From Amphiscolops sp. MND2022 (taxonomy: Eukaryota), in assembly GCA_964187785.1 (NCBI GenBank), contig OZ076413.1, forward strand, positions 50,904,001 through 50,968,000: 64,000 bases of DNA, in the 5' to 3' direction. The first letter of the stretch is position 1. Every line of letters starts with the position of its first letter. Below, piece by piece: positions 12,920-26,689 of the stretch. The notes below the pieces were generated by a model, which did no database searches, was not told the DNA's origin, and was given only the letters and a program-made list of their open reading frames with translations. The position numbers were made by a program, and so were the translations under genes.

Positions 12920-14015
12920 GACTCATCATTAGAATATGAGGATTGGGAGCCCGATGATGTTGGTTTGGTCTGAGGTTTCTGAGCCTTGGGATTGGGCTTA
13001 TTGTCAGTTGAGTCCTCAGGTCTAGTGCGCTTGGGTTTAAGATGTGCACCAGCACCTTGCCAACATCTCTCCTCCGGGTGGTTCTTTTTCCCACAAGTGC
13101 CACACTCCGGATATGTTTTCTTCTGCGTCGACTTGCCTTGTTGGGCATCTTTTTCTCTTTTTTTCAGTTTTTCGCAGTCCTTGACCATGTGGCCCTTTTC
13201 CTTGCAGTAATTGCAAGTAATGTCTGACATTTGCCCAGTGGACAGAGGATTTTTAGATTTTGTAGTCGAGGAGGTCATTGTGGCCATTGGTAGGTCATCT
13301 GACTCCTCGAGGGCGTTAAGCTCTAATTCTCTCTCCAAATGAGCAACTATCTCATCGTAGGAGCCATTTTCTAATCTGGCCATGTTGACGGACCGCTTCA
13401 GTTTTGGTGGCAGTTTTGCATAAAGCAAGCTGTCAATCATTTTCTGCGCATGATCACCAAACGCCTTCTCGGCTCCTTGGTTTAATTCTTCGAGAAAATC
13501 AGGCAGTTTCATCGTATTGGGATCGAAGACCAGACGGTGCCATTTATGTTTGGCAGTCGCCTGTGACTCGTGCTTGACGTATTTTTGTCTAAAAATGACT
13601 AATACGTCCTCTAGAGTTTGTCGGTTGCTTGTGCTGATATTTCTGAATGTCTGAAGAGCATTCTTCCTCAATAAAGAGTGGAAGTGGTTGATCTTCATTT
13701 GCTCAGTCATTTCTGGCTGCATCTTGATCATAGTGTGAAATAGGTCTTCGAACAGCTCAAATTTTTCGCTTTTGCCATCGAATGTCATGGTATTTGAGTT
13801 GACTGGGCGTATGGTAAGTTGTTGGGCTGTCGGTCTATTCTGCATTGTAGTCAAGACGTCTTCCAGTCGAGTGATGGGGTCAGAGTCAGCAACCGTAGTG
13901 ATTCTCTCTTGTGCTGGGATCGTCGTGTCGAGGTTGATGTCCTCAAAGGACCTGTCGAGATGATTTCTGGATAAGATTCGTCCTGTGAGAAACTCAGGAA
14001 CTTGATTTGGAGATT

Positions 14016-14033
14016 CGTTGTCTCCTGTCACCA
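14016..14033 (-). promoter_or_regulatory. Putative primer-binding site (tRNA-Leu-like) lying inside the gag frame
   Basis: Minus strand reads ...CATGACA|TGGTGACAGGAG, i.e. TGG directly after a CA end. It matches 11/12 of TGGTGTCAGGAG, the complement of a typical tRNA-Leu 3' end recalled from memory. Confidence 0.6.
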
Positions 14034-15453
14034 TGTCATGAACATTACGATGTGGTTTAACACCGTGTTCATTATTGAGGGTAGTTCTAGTTTTCGCGTT
14101 GTACTGAACTTCGGAATAACTTTCCGGTCTCTCGTCAGATCTCTCCCATCCCCTTCTAGTCTCCTGTCCTGAACCGGCCATAATGACGTTTTGAATCTGG
14201 GGCAAAACCTGATTATTTATGGCGTCACTTATGGCTCTCTGAATCTGAGAACTAACACTGTCCATCATTACATCCATTTCTCTGGATATTCTAGAGTTCA
14301 ATTCACTCGACAACTTGTTGATCTCAGCTTGAGAATCTCTACTTGCTGAATTTCGGTCGTACCCGGTACTAGTCCCAACTCCAAGATTTCTATGGTCAGA
14401 ATGGAGATCCATTTCCTCATTTTCCAAGTTATTACTTATAATACTTTCTTGCCTTCTAATGGAAGTTCCATCAAGACTTTCGTCTCTCCTCGTATCATTG
14501 AAGTGATTTTCACCTAACATTATGTCAAGGTTTTCAATGTCAGAGAGAATTTATAATCCTCTAGATTTCCTTGCTTTCTTTTGCTTTCTTGTAGTAGGCA
14601 ATAAGACTGAACCGGGTTGAAGACTTGAACTATCAATTCCGGAAAATTAACAGTGAAACCGTTTGTATTATGAACGTCTTTATCAAATGGAGAGAAGTAC
14701 AAAGTATGAGTCTTCTTGCAGGGGAATGGGTATTTATACCTCTGAAAGGCTGACACACACACATTTATTACACACTTTGATCAAGACAAATCATAGGATT
14801 TTACAATCATCATAAAGAAATCCCCGACAATTACATATTTCCGGGGGACATTTAAGGAGTGGTATTCAGGGTCATCATTTTAAGTAGCAACTTCAAACAA
14901 TTTGTCGGTTAGACCTACTTCAAGTGTGATGTAAACAAATACCACAACTTACATATTTTATTGTGATGTAAAACGAAGGCACGTGCCGGCAAAAGTTTAC
15001 TGCAAATAAAGCTGAAAACGGAATGTATTACTATGTGTGGAATCCTAATACTGCATCGATATTCGCGAAAATACACTCACATATCAGAGCCGGAATAGGC
15101 CCAAATCCATAACATGTACCGCGCATATGAAGGACATGGTAAAAGGCCTTAACCGTCCCTTTATCCAAGTCGAAAGTATACAAACATCAAAACATCACAA
15201 CCGTATTTATTTAGACTAAAAACATGATTCTAATAGCTCCGCGTAAGTACAGATTCAATCAGGCAACAAAGGCATCATTATGCTTGAATTGGCCGAAACC
15301 GTCCACTTGACTGAGGGACTGATATAAATTAGCACCGCTTAGCCAATTGGCCATATCCGGCCATCATAAATAAAGCACTAATATTTAGCAAAAGGAAAGC
15401 TCTGATTGGCTAATAATCGTACTGAAAGTTACATCGCCGAGAAGGGACGTTTT
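14034..15453 (-). repeat. 5' LTR of the Gypsy element (distal end truncated)
   Basis: Ends in CA next to the PBS. The distal boundary is set by the start of duplicated block A. There is no second LTR in the window to confirm it. Confidence 0.55.
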
Positions 15454-17806
15454 CTTACTTGAACACGTTTCCTTCTCGCGATTAACCTGCTCATTGTACG
15501 TTACCGCTTTGATCAATTTCAACACTCTATTTGTAATACAACAAACTTCCTTTTACACATCTCAAATCACAACCTGATTTGGATAGTTCCAAATCGTAAT
15601 TTTAACAGACTAAGATCACGAACAATTATATAAAATGCACTTGAATAAACAAAAATGAATGTGATTAACAAAAAAATATAAGTTTCAGCGAGGGAAAGTT
15701 TAAAACGTGGGTAGGGTACCCGGGATGATTTCTTGATTTTCCGCCGACGTCGTTATTAATGTGCCATCACAGGCGGCAGCCTGCGACATAAACTTTTAAA
15801 CAATTGACACCAGTAATTAGTGTCGAATTTGTGTTATTGTGTATTATTATTACCCTTGTTGGATTTGTTAACTTTGTACATTTAATGAGGTGTGTAAAAC
15901 GATTTGAGTACTGATGTTATCCAATGAACCCCAAATTATTAAAAAGAGGAGTGTGGTAGATTGAGCAGAAATTACATAATTGCCTAATTAAACTTAAGCT
16001 GTGAAAAAGACAGTTGTGAGAAAATAGCATTTATTAACAACCTGTCAAATTGAGCCAAAGTGGCAAAACTTGAATAACTGCCATAACATCAGAAATACAT
16101 CAGAATACAGTTTGCACCTTCATTCGTTCTTTCCTCCTTCAGTATTAGCGCAGGTCTATAACAGTTACAAAGGTAGAAAGTACCAAAAGGTCCCTTGTTA
16201 TGTTTTTCAGCACTGAGTAATTTTTTTGAATGTTTTTAACTTTTGACATTTGAAAAAGCTTTTTTGAGCCAGAAAATTTTTGTGATGGCCTGTTAAAGAA
16301 AGATTCTATTCCGTTTTGGTTCTCTACTTCGGATGACCCCCTTTGGTGCTAAAAGAATCGCTAAAATGCGAAAAGGGAGCTGGTCTGTTATAGATTATCA
16401 CAAGTTTTTAGGAAGTAAGTATGTAGAATTCTGTTGTTAGGTACCTCGGTGTTCCCCTGGATAGAAAGTTATCGTTCGAAACCCATATTCAGCGAGTATT
16501 CGGCAACCTGTCGAAGCTTGTCTCAATTGTAACACGATTGAGACATCTTTGCAAGACATCAGTAGTGATTAGAAATTATGAATCACCTACATCAAGCCTA
16601 TCATTCAATACGGACTGCTTATTGAAAATTGCCAGACAAATGAAAATGAGACTTTTCATTGTTGCAAAAAAGGTACTTTGAATGATTTTCTTGTTCACGT
16701 CCTTGATTTCTACTTGTAGCGCAATTTATAACATGTCTAATATACGTAACATGTCTAATCTCTGAAACACAGCATTTTTATTGATTATCGTAAATTTGTA
16801 GGGAGTAAGTCTGTAGAATTTTTTTAATGCAGATATTCTAAAAGTTCTTTGCAATGTCGATCAGCTGGAGAACATCACTGTCGAAACGTTTTTATTTAAT
16901 AGAAGAAACTGCTTCTTGGCATATTGATAATCCGTTACTCCTTGCTCACATTTGTAAGTTTTCAAACGAAATTTTCCCAATATTCAGTTTAAGCATTCCA
17001 TAAGAAGGTATAAAAACCTTTCTTCCAAGTAGAAAAGCTTTACAGATATCAATACCATTACTTACCATTGAATTCCCTAATGTTAGCAGACAAAAATATC
17101 TTGAACGAACTTTTCTATGGTGTCAAAAGTGAGTCATTTCCTCAGACTGCACAAATCGAAACCTCTGATAACAAAATCAACGACTACTGAATATGAGACA
17201 GGGTTAAAAACCAAAGGGAACGGTCTCTGCTGAACATGAGTCGGCCACCCAAAAGTCCAAAATTAGTGAAAGACTTGAGTGAAAGACAATCATTTGAAGT
17301 AAGTCGAGTTGGATTTAAGTTTCTCGAGTGGAAAATACAATGTCCGTTTTTTTTCAGAACAGGGGCGTAAAATTTGATCACAACTTCGAACGCAGTTGAA
17401 GTTGCAATTAATAAAGTCGATTGAGTTCCAATCATCAACTCGGCATAAAAGTACAAAAACCACAATAAATAAACGAATTTATACTCTGTCCATAAGGAAA
17501 ATAAGTGAAAGCAAGTAATTTAGTGAATCAGTACATGAAAATATATATTATTTCATATACCGACTCACTAATTTACTTGCTTACGATGTACATACCCTGG
17601 TTGAAACTGCTTGAACTTTCTACAAATTTTTGTAGGTTACCAAGCTAATTTTTCATGATTTCGTAAAATTCTCAAGGAGACGTTCATGCATTAAAATTTA
17701 ACTGATTCAATTTAAGTTTATCAAGCTGCCTATAAAATAAAATGCAACCTAAATTTGGCGGTAATTCCGAGGCGCGAAGTTTGGCAGGTTTCTTTAAGAT
17801 ACCATT
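15454..17806 (+). repeat. Duplicated block A, copy 1
   Basis: Near-identical to 20478-23220 from CTTACTTGAACACG to AGATACCATT. Confidence 0.95.
16436..16700 (+). pseudogene. CR1/L2-type LINE RT C-terminal fragment (second copy about 21460-21720)
   Basis: Translates VRYLGVPLDRKLSFETHIQRV...LRHLC and then IKPIIQYGLL after a frameshift. Confidence 0.7.
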
Positions 17807-20329
17807 TGTCACAGCCCGCTCCCGGACTGGATTGTCACTGCAGACGAGTGGGGATCGGAAGAGGCCATGGGTGCAGCCTACGATTCCCCAAATGGTATTT
17901 TAATTACTAACTCGAAAACTTTAAACTCTAATCTTAAATAAACTGTGACTAAAAATACGGAAACGAACGCCCAACTTACGTAAAGTTTAAACAAAAATGA
18001 GAACAGAAACTAAAATGAAATAAGATGATTTCACACATATCCGGTAGGACGTCCTTAGTGCGCCAAAATAGAAACATTCGCCACCTGAAAACTGAATTAA
18101 AACATGTCGTGAAATAAAGACCATAGACCGATCTAAACGAAAACATACCCAAAATCACCATTGGAAAAAGGACATTATCTGATTCTAAAATAGAAACTAC
18201 ATTGAGATGACACACTGAAATATCCACTCCTTTTCTAAGAAAGGCAGCTTAATTGCACTTTGAACAGCAATTAGTGCGGATTAGGGCGTCGGCACTGCGC
18301 TAAGTAAACAAAATAAAGAATACACGTATATTAGATGTCGGTAAGAAGCAGACTTGAAAGTATATAGTGTGACGTCACCGTTCCGTCCGCGCTCACTAGA
18401 GAACCATTCCAATTTACCGCCTATATTAGTGACACTACTTAAAATCATTCCAATTTTCCGCCATAGTGACGTCACGGTGCTGTCTTCACGGTGCGGACTA
18501 ATTCTTACTTCAAATTTGCGTCCACGTTGCGTCCACTATACTGGACCAGGCCTAATACTAATACGTACGTCCACGGTACGTCCAAATTCCACCAAAACAA
18601 GCTGTTTTAATCCATCCAAAAGTTATGATGAATATCATTCAAACTAATTAGTACTAGGATTACGCTTAAAGTGCATGGTAATTTAACAAGACAATTAGTG
18701 AAGAATTTGAGGACCTACGCCACGTTTCCGTCAAACATTTCCTTTGCCGGGTTAATTCTGCTCTAAAACTTAAGTTGAAATGGAAATTCCTATATGATGT
18801 AGGTGAAAGTCACAGTTTATGGGCATGACGAAAGTAAATCGATAGTATTTTCGTATTGGAAATGTATTTTCATATGTTCGTATTTTGTACTACATAAAGC
18901 GTGTGCTATAACCTTGTTGTGTTTAAATGGACGTCGGTACGTCGTCATTCCCTAATCAGGATAGTCATTGTTTTAACCCCAACGTGCATAAATTCAGAAT
19001 AAATGTTCGTGTTGCCTTTGTGCATTTTGTATTGATTGAGATCTGGTGATAGGAAGTTTTGAACTCCTGCTTGTTCAGAAAATTCATAAAGTGCCGTCCT
19101 CACGTCGTCGGACGCTTTTGTCCGAAATTACTATCTTATGTGCAAGTTAAAATCTGTTGGCAGAGTGTTATGTATAATCATCAAATGGACGCTAAAATGA
19201 TATTAGACAGTATTTGTGATTGAAATATTAATAAATTGGGACAGAAGTCTGAATTAGACAATTTAGTCCATCAATCCATCAAGTGTCAATGTGTCGTTGT
19301 TTTATTTTGTTAATCGTTAATCATTTAATTTGAAACTAATTTGAGATTGTTGCTAATTCTTTAATCTTGTTCTCATTCCTTCTTAGCATCATTGGAGATT
19401 ACAGAGCTAAAAACATTAGTCATAGCATTTTTCTCGAGCAAAAAATCAAAATTCCGGCATTAGTTGTTCATGCCGGCGTCACCTCAGCGTCAGTTTCTTA
19501 CGAACCAAAGCAGCAAAACAGGGAAATATTTCCGGTTTGACAGACTGAAGTAATATCTACTTCCTGCTTGGGAGGAAACAAAAGGACGCCGAGCTGAAAT
19601 AATATGATTATGGTTGGTGACTAATGCTAGATTAGATTTGCCGTGTCTCAAAATTTGACGGAATGTCGACGTAAAATTGGGAACAAAATGATTTTTGCAC
19701 CGAAAATACAGGTAATGACTAATTATTCGGAGGAAATTAGGATTTAGCTCGTGATCAAATGATGCTAAGAGGGTATATATACGATGATTTTAGCCAACTA
19801 AGGGACTCAGTCTTTTGCAATTGTACAATTCAGTTGAATTTTCAATTTCACCAAACTCTTGCCTTGTTCAACCTTGTTAGAAAAACTCTTTGAAAGAAAT
19901 TCAATTCTTCAAGATCAAACTTTTCTACAAAAATGTCAACAAAAAGAAGCCAGAAAAGAAGGAACGATCGGCAAAGCACCAGTGAGAACGTAAGTGAAGG
20001 CTTGATTTCATCCATAGTAGTAGGAAATCCTTGTTCCTTAAACCAGGACGATGAGGTAGCGGGGCCTTCTAACCCAAAATCCCCCCGGATTGAAAACAGC
20101 CTCTTAGAAAGTTTAAGGGCTTCCTTGAAAGAGGAAATAACATCAGAAATTAAGAATCTTCTTGTCGAATCTCAGAAGGAAATGTTGAAACTCCTGAAAC
20201 CTGAAACAAGGGGAAACATTAGGGAGAATACCGAGGAAGAAGTAGAAGAGGAAACTAGAAGCTTTTATACTCCTACAAGATCAGTAAGAATAAGTTCAAC
20301 CCAAAACGACCCGAGCATTAGTCGTAACA
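17807..20329 (+). mobile_element. Solo LTR (2.5 kb) of a Gypsy-like family
   Basis: Termini are TGTCAC...GTAACA. The left end coincides exactly with the break in alignment against the duplicate block. There is a TATA-like box near 19773 and a Gag-like ORF start at 19933. Confidence 0.8.
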
Positions 20330-20418
20330 AAATTATTGTAAAAGTTTTAGGCAGTAATCAAGAGAAAAAAGTAAGAAAAAAAGAACAATTGGTTCCTTTC
20401 AACCCATGCTGTCGATAA
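19933..20418 (+). CDS. LTR-encoded Gag N-terminal fragment (basic start, coiled coil) reading into flanking DNA
   Basis: MSTKRSQKRR...LRASLKEEITSEIKNLLVESQKEMLKLL... The first 132 codons lie within the LTR and the last ~29 come from the flank. Confidence 0.6.
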   Translation: MSTKRSQKRRNDRQSTSENVSEGLISSIVVGNPCSLNQDDEVAGPSNPKSPRIENSLLESLRASLKEEITSEIKNLLVESQKEMLKLLKPETRGNIRENTEEEVEEETRSFYTPTRSVRISSTQNDPSISRNKIIVKVLGSNQEKKVRKKEQLVPFNPCCR

Positions 20419-20477
20419 TTACGGAAACAAAAGAATCTATTTTTGCATCAACTGTTGTTCCAAAATTTTGTTAGTAG

Positions 20478-23220
20478 CTTACTTGAACACGTTTCCTTCT
20501 CGCGATTAACCTGCTTATTGTACATTACCGCTTTGATCAATTTCAACACTCTATTTGTAATACAACAAACTTCCTTTTACACATCTCAAATCACAACCTG
20601 ATTTGGATAGTTCCAAATCGTAATTTTAACAGACTAATATCACGAACAATTATATAAAATGCACTTGAATAAACAAAAATGAATGTGATTCACAAAAAAA
20701 TATAAGTTTCAGCAAGGGAAAGTTTAAAACGTGGGTAGAGTACCCGGGATGATTTCTTGATTTTCCGCCGACGTCGTTATTAATGTGCCATCACAGGCGG
20801 CAGCCTGCGACATAAACTTTTAAACAATTGACACCAGTAATTAGTGTCGAATTTGTGTTATTGTGTATTATTATAACCCTTGTTGGATTTGTTAACTTTG
20901 TACATTTAATGAGGTGTGTAAAACGATTTGAGTACTGATGTTATCCAATGAACCCCAAATTAATAAAAAGGGGAGTGTGGTAGATTGAGCAGAAATTACA
21001 TAATTGCCTAATTAAACTTAAGCTGTGAAAAAGACAGTTGTGAGAAAATATCATTTATCAACAACCTGTCAAATTGAGCCAAAGTGGCAAAACTTGAATA
21101 ACTGCCATAACATCAGAAATACATCAGAATACAGTTTGCACCTTCATTCGTTCTTTCCTCCTTCAGTATTAGCGCAGGTCTATAACAGTTACAAAGGTAG
21201 AAAGTACCAAAAGGTCCCTTGTTATGTTTTTCAGCACTGAGTAACTTTTTTGAATGTTTTTAACTTTTGACATTTGAAAAAGCTTTTTTGAGCCAGAAAA
21301 TTTTTGTGATGGCCTGTTAAAGAAGGATTCTATTCCGTTTTGGTTCTCTACTTCGGATGACCCCCTTTGGTGCTAAAAGAATCGCTAAAATGCGAAAAGG
21401 GAGCTGGTCTGTTATAGATTATTACAAGTTTTTAGGAAGTAAGTATGTAGAATTCTGTTGTTAGGTACCTCGGTGTTCCCCTGGATAGAAAGTTATCGTT
21501 CGAAACCCATATTCAGCGAGTATTCGGCAACCTGTCGAAGCTTGTCTCAATTGTAACACGATTGAGACATCTTTGCAAGACATCAGTAGTGATTAGAAAT
21601 TATGAATCACCTACATCAAGCCTATCATTCAATACGGACTGCTTATTGAAAATTGCCAGACAAATGAAAATGAGACTTTTCATTGTTGCAAAAAAGGTAC
21701 TTTGAATGATTTTCTTGTTCACGTCCTTGATTTCTACTTGTAGCGCAATTTATAACATGTCTAATATACGTAACATGTCTAATCTCTGAAACACAGCATT
21801 TTTATTGATTATCGTAAATTTGTAGGGAGTAAGTCTGTAGAATTTTTTTAATGCAGATATTCTAAAAGTTCTTTGCAATGTCGATCAGCTGGAGAACATC
21901 ACTGTCGAAACGTTTTTATTTAATAGAAGAAACCGCTTCTTGGCATATTGATAATCCGTTACTCCTTGCTCACATTTGTAAGTTTTCAAACGAAATTTTC
22001 CCAATATTCAGTTTAAGCATTCCATAAGAAGGTATAAAAACCTTTCTTCCAAGTAGAAAAGCTTTACAGATATCAATACCATTACTTACCATTGAATTCC
22101 CTAATGTTAGCAGATAAAAATATCTTGAACGAACTTTTCTATGGTGTCGAAAGTGAGTCATTTCCTCAGACTGCACAAATCGAAACCTCTGATAACAAAA
22201 TCAACGACTACTGAATATGAGACAGGGTTAAAAACCAAAGGGAACGGTCTCTGCTGAACATGAGTCGGCCACCGAAAAGTCCAAAATTAGTGAAAGACTT
22301 GAGTGAAAGACAATCATTTGAAGTAAGTCGAGTTGGATTTAAGTTTCTCGAGTGGAAAATACAACGTCCGTTTTTTTTTTCAGAACAGGGGCGTAAAATT
22401 TGATTACAACTTCGAACGCAGTTGAAGTTGCAATTAATAAAGTCGATTGAGTTCCAATCATCAACTCGGCATAAAAATACAAAAACCACAATAAATAAAC
22501 GAATTTATACTCTGTCCATAAGGAAAATAAGTGAAAGCAAGTAATTTAGTGAATCAGTACATGAAAATATATATTATTTCAAATACCGACTCACTAATTT
22601 ACTTGCTTACGATGTATATACCCTGGTTGAAACTGCTTGAACTTTCTACAAATTTTTGTAGGTTACCAAGCTAATTTTTCATGATTTCGTAAAATTCTCA
22701 AGGAGACGTTCATGCATTAAAATTTAACTGATTCAATTTAAGTTTATCAAGCTGCCTATAACATAAAATGCGGGGACTGTTCAATTCGTCGAACATTCAA
22801 TTCGTCGAACACGTATTACTTTAGCGAGCAATATATGACGTAATGGAATGAATTGATTTCGGCCAATCAAATTCGAGCATTCAAAATTACGATAACGTAG
22901 TCAGATATGTTCACATACCTCTAGTGCCCTAAATGCAGGAGCGAAGCGAAGCGGAGCGACGTGCCATATGGCCATGCCTCAATATTGCTACTTGGCGAAG
23001 GGAGCGAAGCGACCGAGCCATACAACAAATATGCTAATCGCTACAAAATATAACCAAATGAAATCAATCGCTGATATGGAATTCTTTCGACGCATTGAAT
23101 AGCTTTTCATTTTTCGACGATTTGAATGTTCGACGAATTGAATAGGCACCATAAAATGCAACCTAAATTTGGCGGTAATTCCGAAGCGCGAAGTTTGGCA
23201 GGTTTCTTTAAGATACCATT
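20478..23220 (+). repeat. Duplicated block A, copy 2 (carries an extra MITE)
   Basis: Near-identical to 15454-17806 except for the insertion at 22772-23150. Confidence 0.95.
22772..23150 (+). mobile_element. Mutator-like MITE, core 1, TTCAATTCGTCGAACA arms
   Basis: TIR GGGGACTGTTCAATTCGTCG / CGACGAATTGAATAGGCACC, perfect 9-bp TSD ATAAAATGC, and the empty site is visible in copy 1 near 17737. Confidence 0.92.
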
Positions 23221-26200
23221 CTAATTGTGAAAGCAGCTGTAACCTCAATAACTTTACCGCGTTTTCAATGCAAATAAACTTCGTTCACATTATATGTTTC
23301 AAAGTAGCGTCAAATTCAGCGTGCTATTTGACTAACGGTGATTACATAAGGTACTTACTGTGAGAAAGTTACGCGTGAAAACAAAGTGATAGCGGCATTG
23401 AAGAAGTGGAAATGCTCTCAGTTTTAATTGAAATAGCTGAAGCTAGAATGTAATCCTGCAAAATTTCTCCATGAGTGCTTTCAGTGTTTTCTACGTTTAT
23501 CAAAAATGCATGCATGGTTGCAACTTGGAAAACATTCCAGCACGTTCGACTAGGGTATACATCGATACATTTGTGGGGGGAATATGTGAAGAAATCGGTT
23601 TCAACAATGTATTTCATCCTAATCCTTTTTCAAAACTAACGCAGGTCCGGTACCCCTGGAAATAACTGTATGTTTCAAGTACATGGTCCGGGATGTGAGA
23701 AGTTGGCATCGGTGCTTTGCACTATCTAAAATGGTCATACAAATTGTAACTAGTTTTAGCTGATGCAAAAAGTTGCTAACGTTTAGGAGCAAATGTTGAC
23801 ATACTTCAAAGAAATTGTTAACAAAAGTAGTAATAAGTGTTATCGCATCATGACAGCCTCGCCTCCTAATTTATCGTTCCTATGGAAGTTTCTGTGATTA
23901 ATACAGGTTTGCCTCAAATGCAGAGTATTACACACTGGAGATGCGCGAAGCTGATTTAAATGAGGATATACGCCAGGACACCTTCATTTCTCTTCTCGCT
24001 CAGTTCCGAGGCGCATCGGAAACCAAACTGCAATTTTAGATTGCATCTTTTTGGGATCGAATTCATATATAAGAGCGATACCATCTCCGATCTTAAATTT
24101 CGTAAGGCTGAAACTGTGTCTCTTCTTTGGAAAAGCTTTCAGCCATTTGAGCGATCTGTTTGCTGAAGAGTTTGAGACAGTGTATTTTTTCTCGAGACAG
24201 TTCTTAAATTTCTTTCTTTTTCCAGCGCAGATCTTGTCGTTTTCTGTTTTCATGTTTTGTATTACTTGTTTGAGCTACACTGGCATCATCAACACTTTTT
24301 TCTGAAAATGGTGCACACACTCTTAGGGATCGCGATTATTTGATATGGAGATCAAAAAGGTAACCACACTTTATGACCGCTTCTTTTACAGGGAAGCAAA
24401 TTGAGCTGTCTACTTTTTGGCAGTAAAAATTTTGTTGATCATTTTGAGAATAAATTCATCTGCTGTTATTTTTTTTCGGTGTTTAGCGTTGTGCTAGTAA
24501 TCAAACTGAGTTTGTGTTGAACAGCTTTCGTGATAGCCTTTTATATTTTCTGAGGCCATGTTTGTAGAATGATTCGCTAATTTTTTGCAGAAAACTGACT
24601 ATTCAGTCGCGTTTTCCTCAAGAAATGAACTTTGCGAATCCGACGTGTCGATAAAGTACCATAAAGCACGATGACCGATTCTGTCGGGTAAAGAAAGAAT
24701 AATAAATAATAAATGTACAAGTCGTGTTGACATTGAATTGAAATGGTTACCTTGAGAACATATAAAAGAGTTACAAGAACAATCTAGACACATACGATGG
24801 CTTTGGCTCTGAGTTAATATAGTTTTTTTTCTGTGATAGGCTACCCGCTTCAACTACTGTACTTCTTGATGATTTTTGGTCACTAAGTTGTTAGTTTAAG
24901 GAATCGAACATGAGCTACGAAGTTACAATATGGCTCAGATTACGAGAACAAATAGCAGTTTTGTCCATTTGAAACCGATCATATTTTCATAGGAGTTGTC
25001 TTTTTCTCGTTGATCATCGAAGCTTTTCAACTGGAGCGGCCGATGGACCTGCACCACCTGTTCTTGCAAATAATAACAGTTGATGCTAGCGATCTTCATT
25101 TCAATAATCCTCGTATCATAATTCAACATATTCGCGTTCTCATGGAAGTTATAGGCGTCACCAATAGTTTTCGGACCGCTTTTTGCAGGTTAAATAGTTA
25201 AAGATTTTTAAAATAGATAAAGATTTTAATTTCTAGGTAAGTTTTAGTGCAGCGATGTCAAGAGTCATTTACGGGCATCGTCTTCGATGCTTTCCGATTC
25301 GTTTGTAAATGTTTCGCCTCGTACGGTCTGATTTCGTTTTTTTCCATTTTCGATGACTAAAAGTTTTTTGATGTCGTTGGCAGCTAGTTGTTGGTCGATA
25401 TTGATTGTAGACAAGTCACATTGAGAAAGTATGAGGAAGAAGCTTTCAAGTAGTCTTCAAAGTGTGGCAGTAAAAATAACAATCTTTGCAATCAGGAGTT
25501 ATTGAAAATATTCAATGCGAAAGATGGTGGTTGAGGAGTGTAAATTGAAATGGCTAGTCGATAATTCCACTGAATTCGGCAAACGCACTAACAATTTCCC
25601 TCTTTTCACAATTTAGCAAGGTAACAGGTAACATGATTTTATCGATCTGTTGACTTTTGAGTTCCTGATGAATTTGATTCTGTTCCCCTGATATAAAACA
25701 CGCGAAGAAAGAAAATCAGCAGTGATCTAAAGTTTTGGAATTAAGACAGATATCGGTTTTTATCTCTCCCTTTTGAGCATTTCTTTCCTTACTTCAAAAT
25801 AGTCCATTAGAACACATAATGTTTTGACGGACACTGTTTAAGATAAGATGCTAACACTTCCATGACGCTGTTTTTTTTTATTTTCAGCCCCTGGTGATTG
25901 GTCTATACAAAGTCTTGAAATACTATTTGTTGCCATAAATGCATGCAATAATCACTAACTTCCTGCTTGAAAGTATTTACAGAGGGTTGTGTAGCATGTT
26001 GATTTCATTTTTTTGAGATCTTCATTATACCGTTTATAAATGCAAAATTTTGTACCGCAAAAGTATCTCGTTACATATAAATGACTGGGTAAAATTGCTG
26101 AACATAAAGTAGGAAAGTGGTGACAAACTATCATCCGGGAATAGTATATTCAAAATATTCAAACCGCCATGTTCCACTGGTTGCGCGAACATTTTACAGT

Positions 26201-26689
26201 GATTTGAATACATGATGGGTGTTCGATAAGATTGAGAAACCCTTCCAGTAGGAGTCAAATTGTCGAATGTCTAAACGCCGAACATCGGCATGTCATAAAT
26301 TTCGGTCGAAATTGGCATTATTCGATGAAGATATGCTACAGATGTGACAGTATTTGAGTCTTTCGCGTACCATTTCTGTTTCAACTGATCGTTTGAAAGT
26401 AATCGAATCAACAGTTGGATTGAAACGTCATACTTGGCCATTTCGATATGGGTGCCTGGGTAGTACCCTCTTGAGACGGAATTCGTTTTCAATCGGCGCT
26501 TTTTGTGAAGCAAAAAATGCCCGACTCTCATAGTGACCTTTTTTTGCTTCTTTCTCCACAGACCACAGACCTCACACTGAAAGGTCCACGTTTTTTGTAC
26601 AGTTGTTCAACTGGAACTATGCATGTCCAAAACACACTGGATACGTCCGAACCTCGTCCAAAACAGAACCGACGTCCGAAACTTCGAAA

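Larger units (their letters stand above)
12910..14601 (-). pseudogene. gag: Gypsy gag with two CCHC zinc knuckles
   Basis: ORF 12910-14520 contains CNYCKEKGHMVKDC and CGTCGKKNHPEERC. The frame extends upstream through one TAA to (M)PTTRKQKKARKSRG at 14601. Confidence 0.9.
7647..15453 (-). mobile_element. Ty3/Gypsy LTR retrotransposon, decayed; 3' LTR absent and 5' LTR truncated
   Basis: Domain order is gag (CCHC knuckles) - protease - RT - RNase H - integrase, with several stops and frameshifts. Confidence 0.95.

Noticed and set aside
23900..24750. Possible integrase-like (Ginger-type) relic on the minus strand (GHRALW, PKKITAD.EF, FKIGD)
   Set aside because: Too decayed to support without a profile search.
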